A stretch of DNA of 64,000 nucleotides from a virus. The position numbers and the translations under genes were made by a program. The notes under the pieces were generated by a model, which had not been told where the DNA came from, searched no databases, and saw only the letters and a program-made list of their open reading frames with translations. This document shows, one piece after another, positions 63,999 through 64,000 of the stretch. The stretch's first letter is position 1, and the number at the start of each line of letters is the position of its first letter. Location: the IMG/VR virus record IMGVR_UViG_3300007276_000038, positions 31,374 to 95,373 of that record; one strand, 5' to 3'.

Positions 63999-64000
63999 GC

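Noticed and set aside
1-64000. Genome-wide TAG reassignment (genetic code 15-like)
   Set aside because: Very long ORFs contain no internal TAG except one, and TAG ends genes immediately before the next start (1659, 46878)

Overview
64-kb segment of a large T4-like (contractile-tailed, probably jumbo) dsDNA phage; no host genes, tRNAs, rRNAs or CRISPR arrays were seen. Left to right: (i) a minus-strand sugar-modification cluster (5' end of a probable radical-SAM gene, UDP-glucose/GDP-mannose dehydrogenase, small lipoprotein, three GT-A-like glycosyltransferases); (ii) minus-strand tail fibre/baseplate genes: two paralogous fibre (peptidase-S74 chaperone) plus adhesin cassettes, a giant ~7,363-codon virion-protein frame split by one in-frame TAG, then gp6, gp25, a gp5-like spike with a degenerate lysozyme domain, hub, gp53 and tube initiator, interrupted by one antisense sigma70-promoted gene; (iii) plus-strand gp55-like late sigma, gp47/gp46 (Mre11/Rad50), a hypothetical gene and a stand-alone GIY-YIG nuclease followed by ~600 nt of highly structured non-coding sequence with a possible pseudoknot; (iv) a gp26-like tail chaperone with an apparent -1 programmed frameshift, divergent from a tape measure gene whose C-terminus lies in the -1 frame; (v) the head module (portal, core proteins, protease, scaffold, major capsid) and the 3' end of a convergent homing-endonuclease-like gene. 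T4-type late promoters ([G/T]ATAAATA) precede most operons. Best leads: the GIY-YIG-linked structured RNA, the recoding events, and a possible late-expressed virion glycosylation system. All family calls come from motif recognition by eye; no searches were run.
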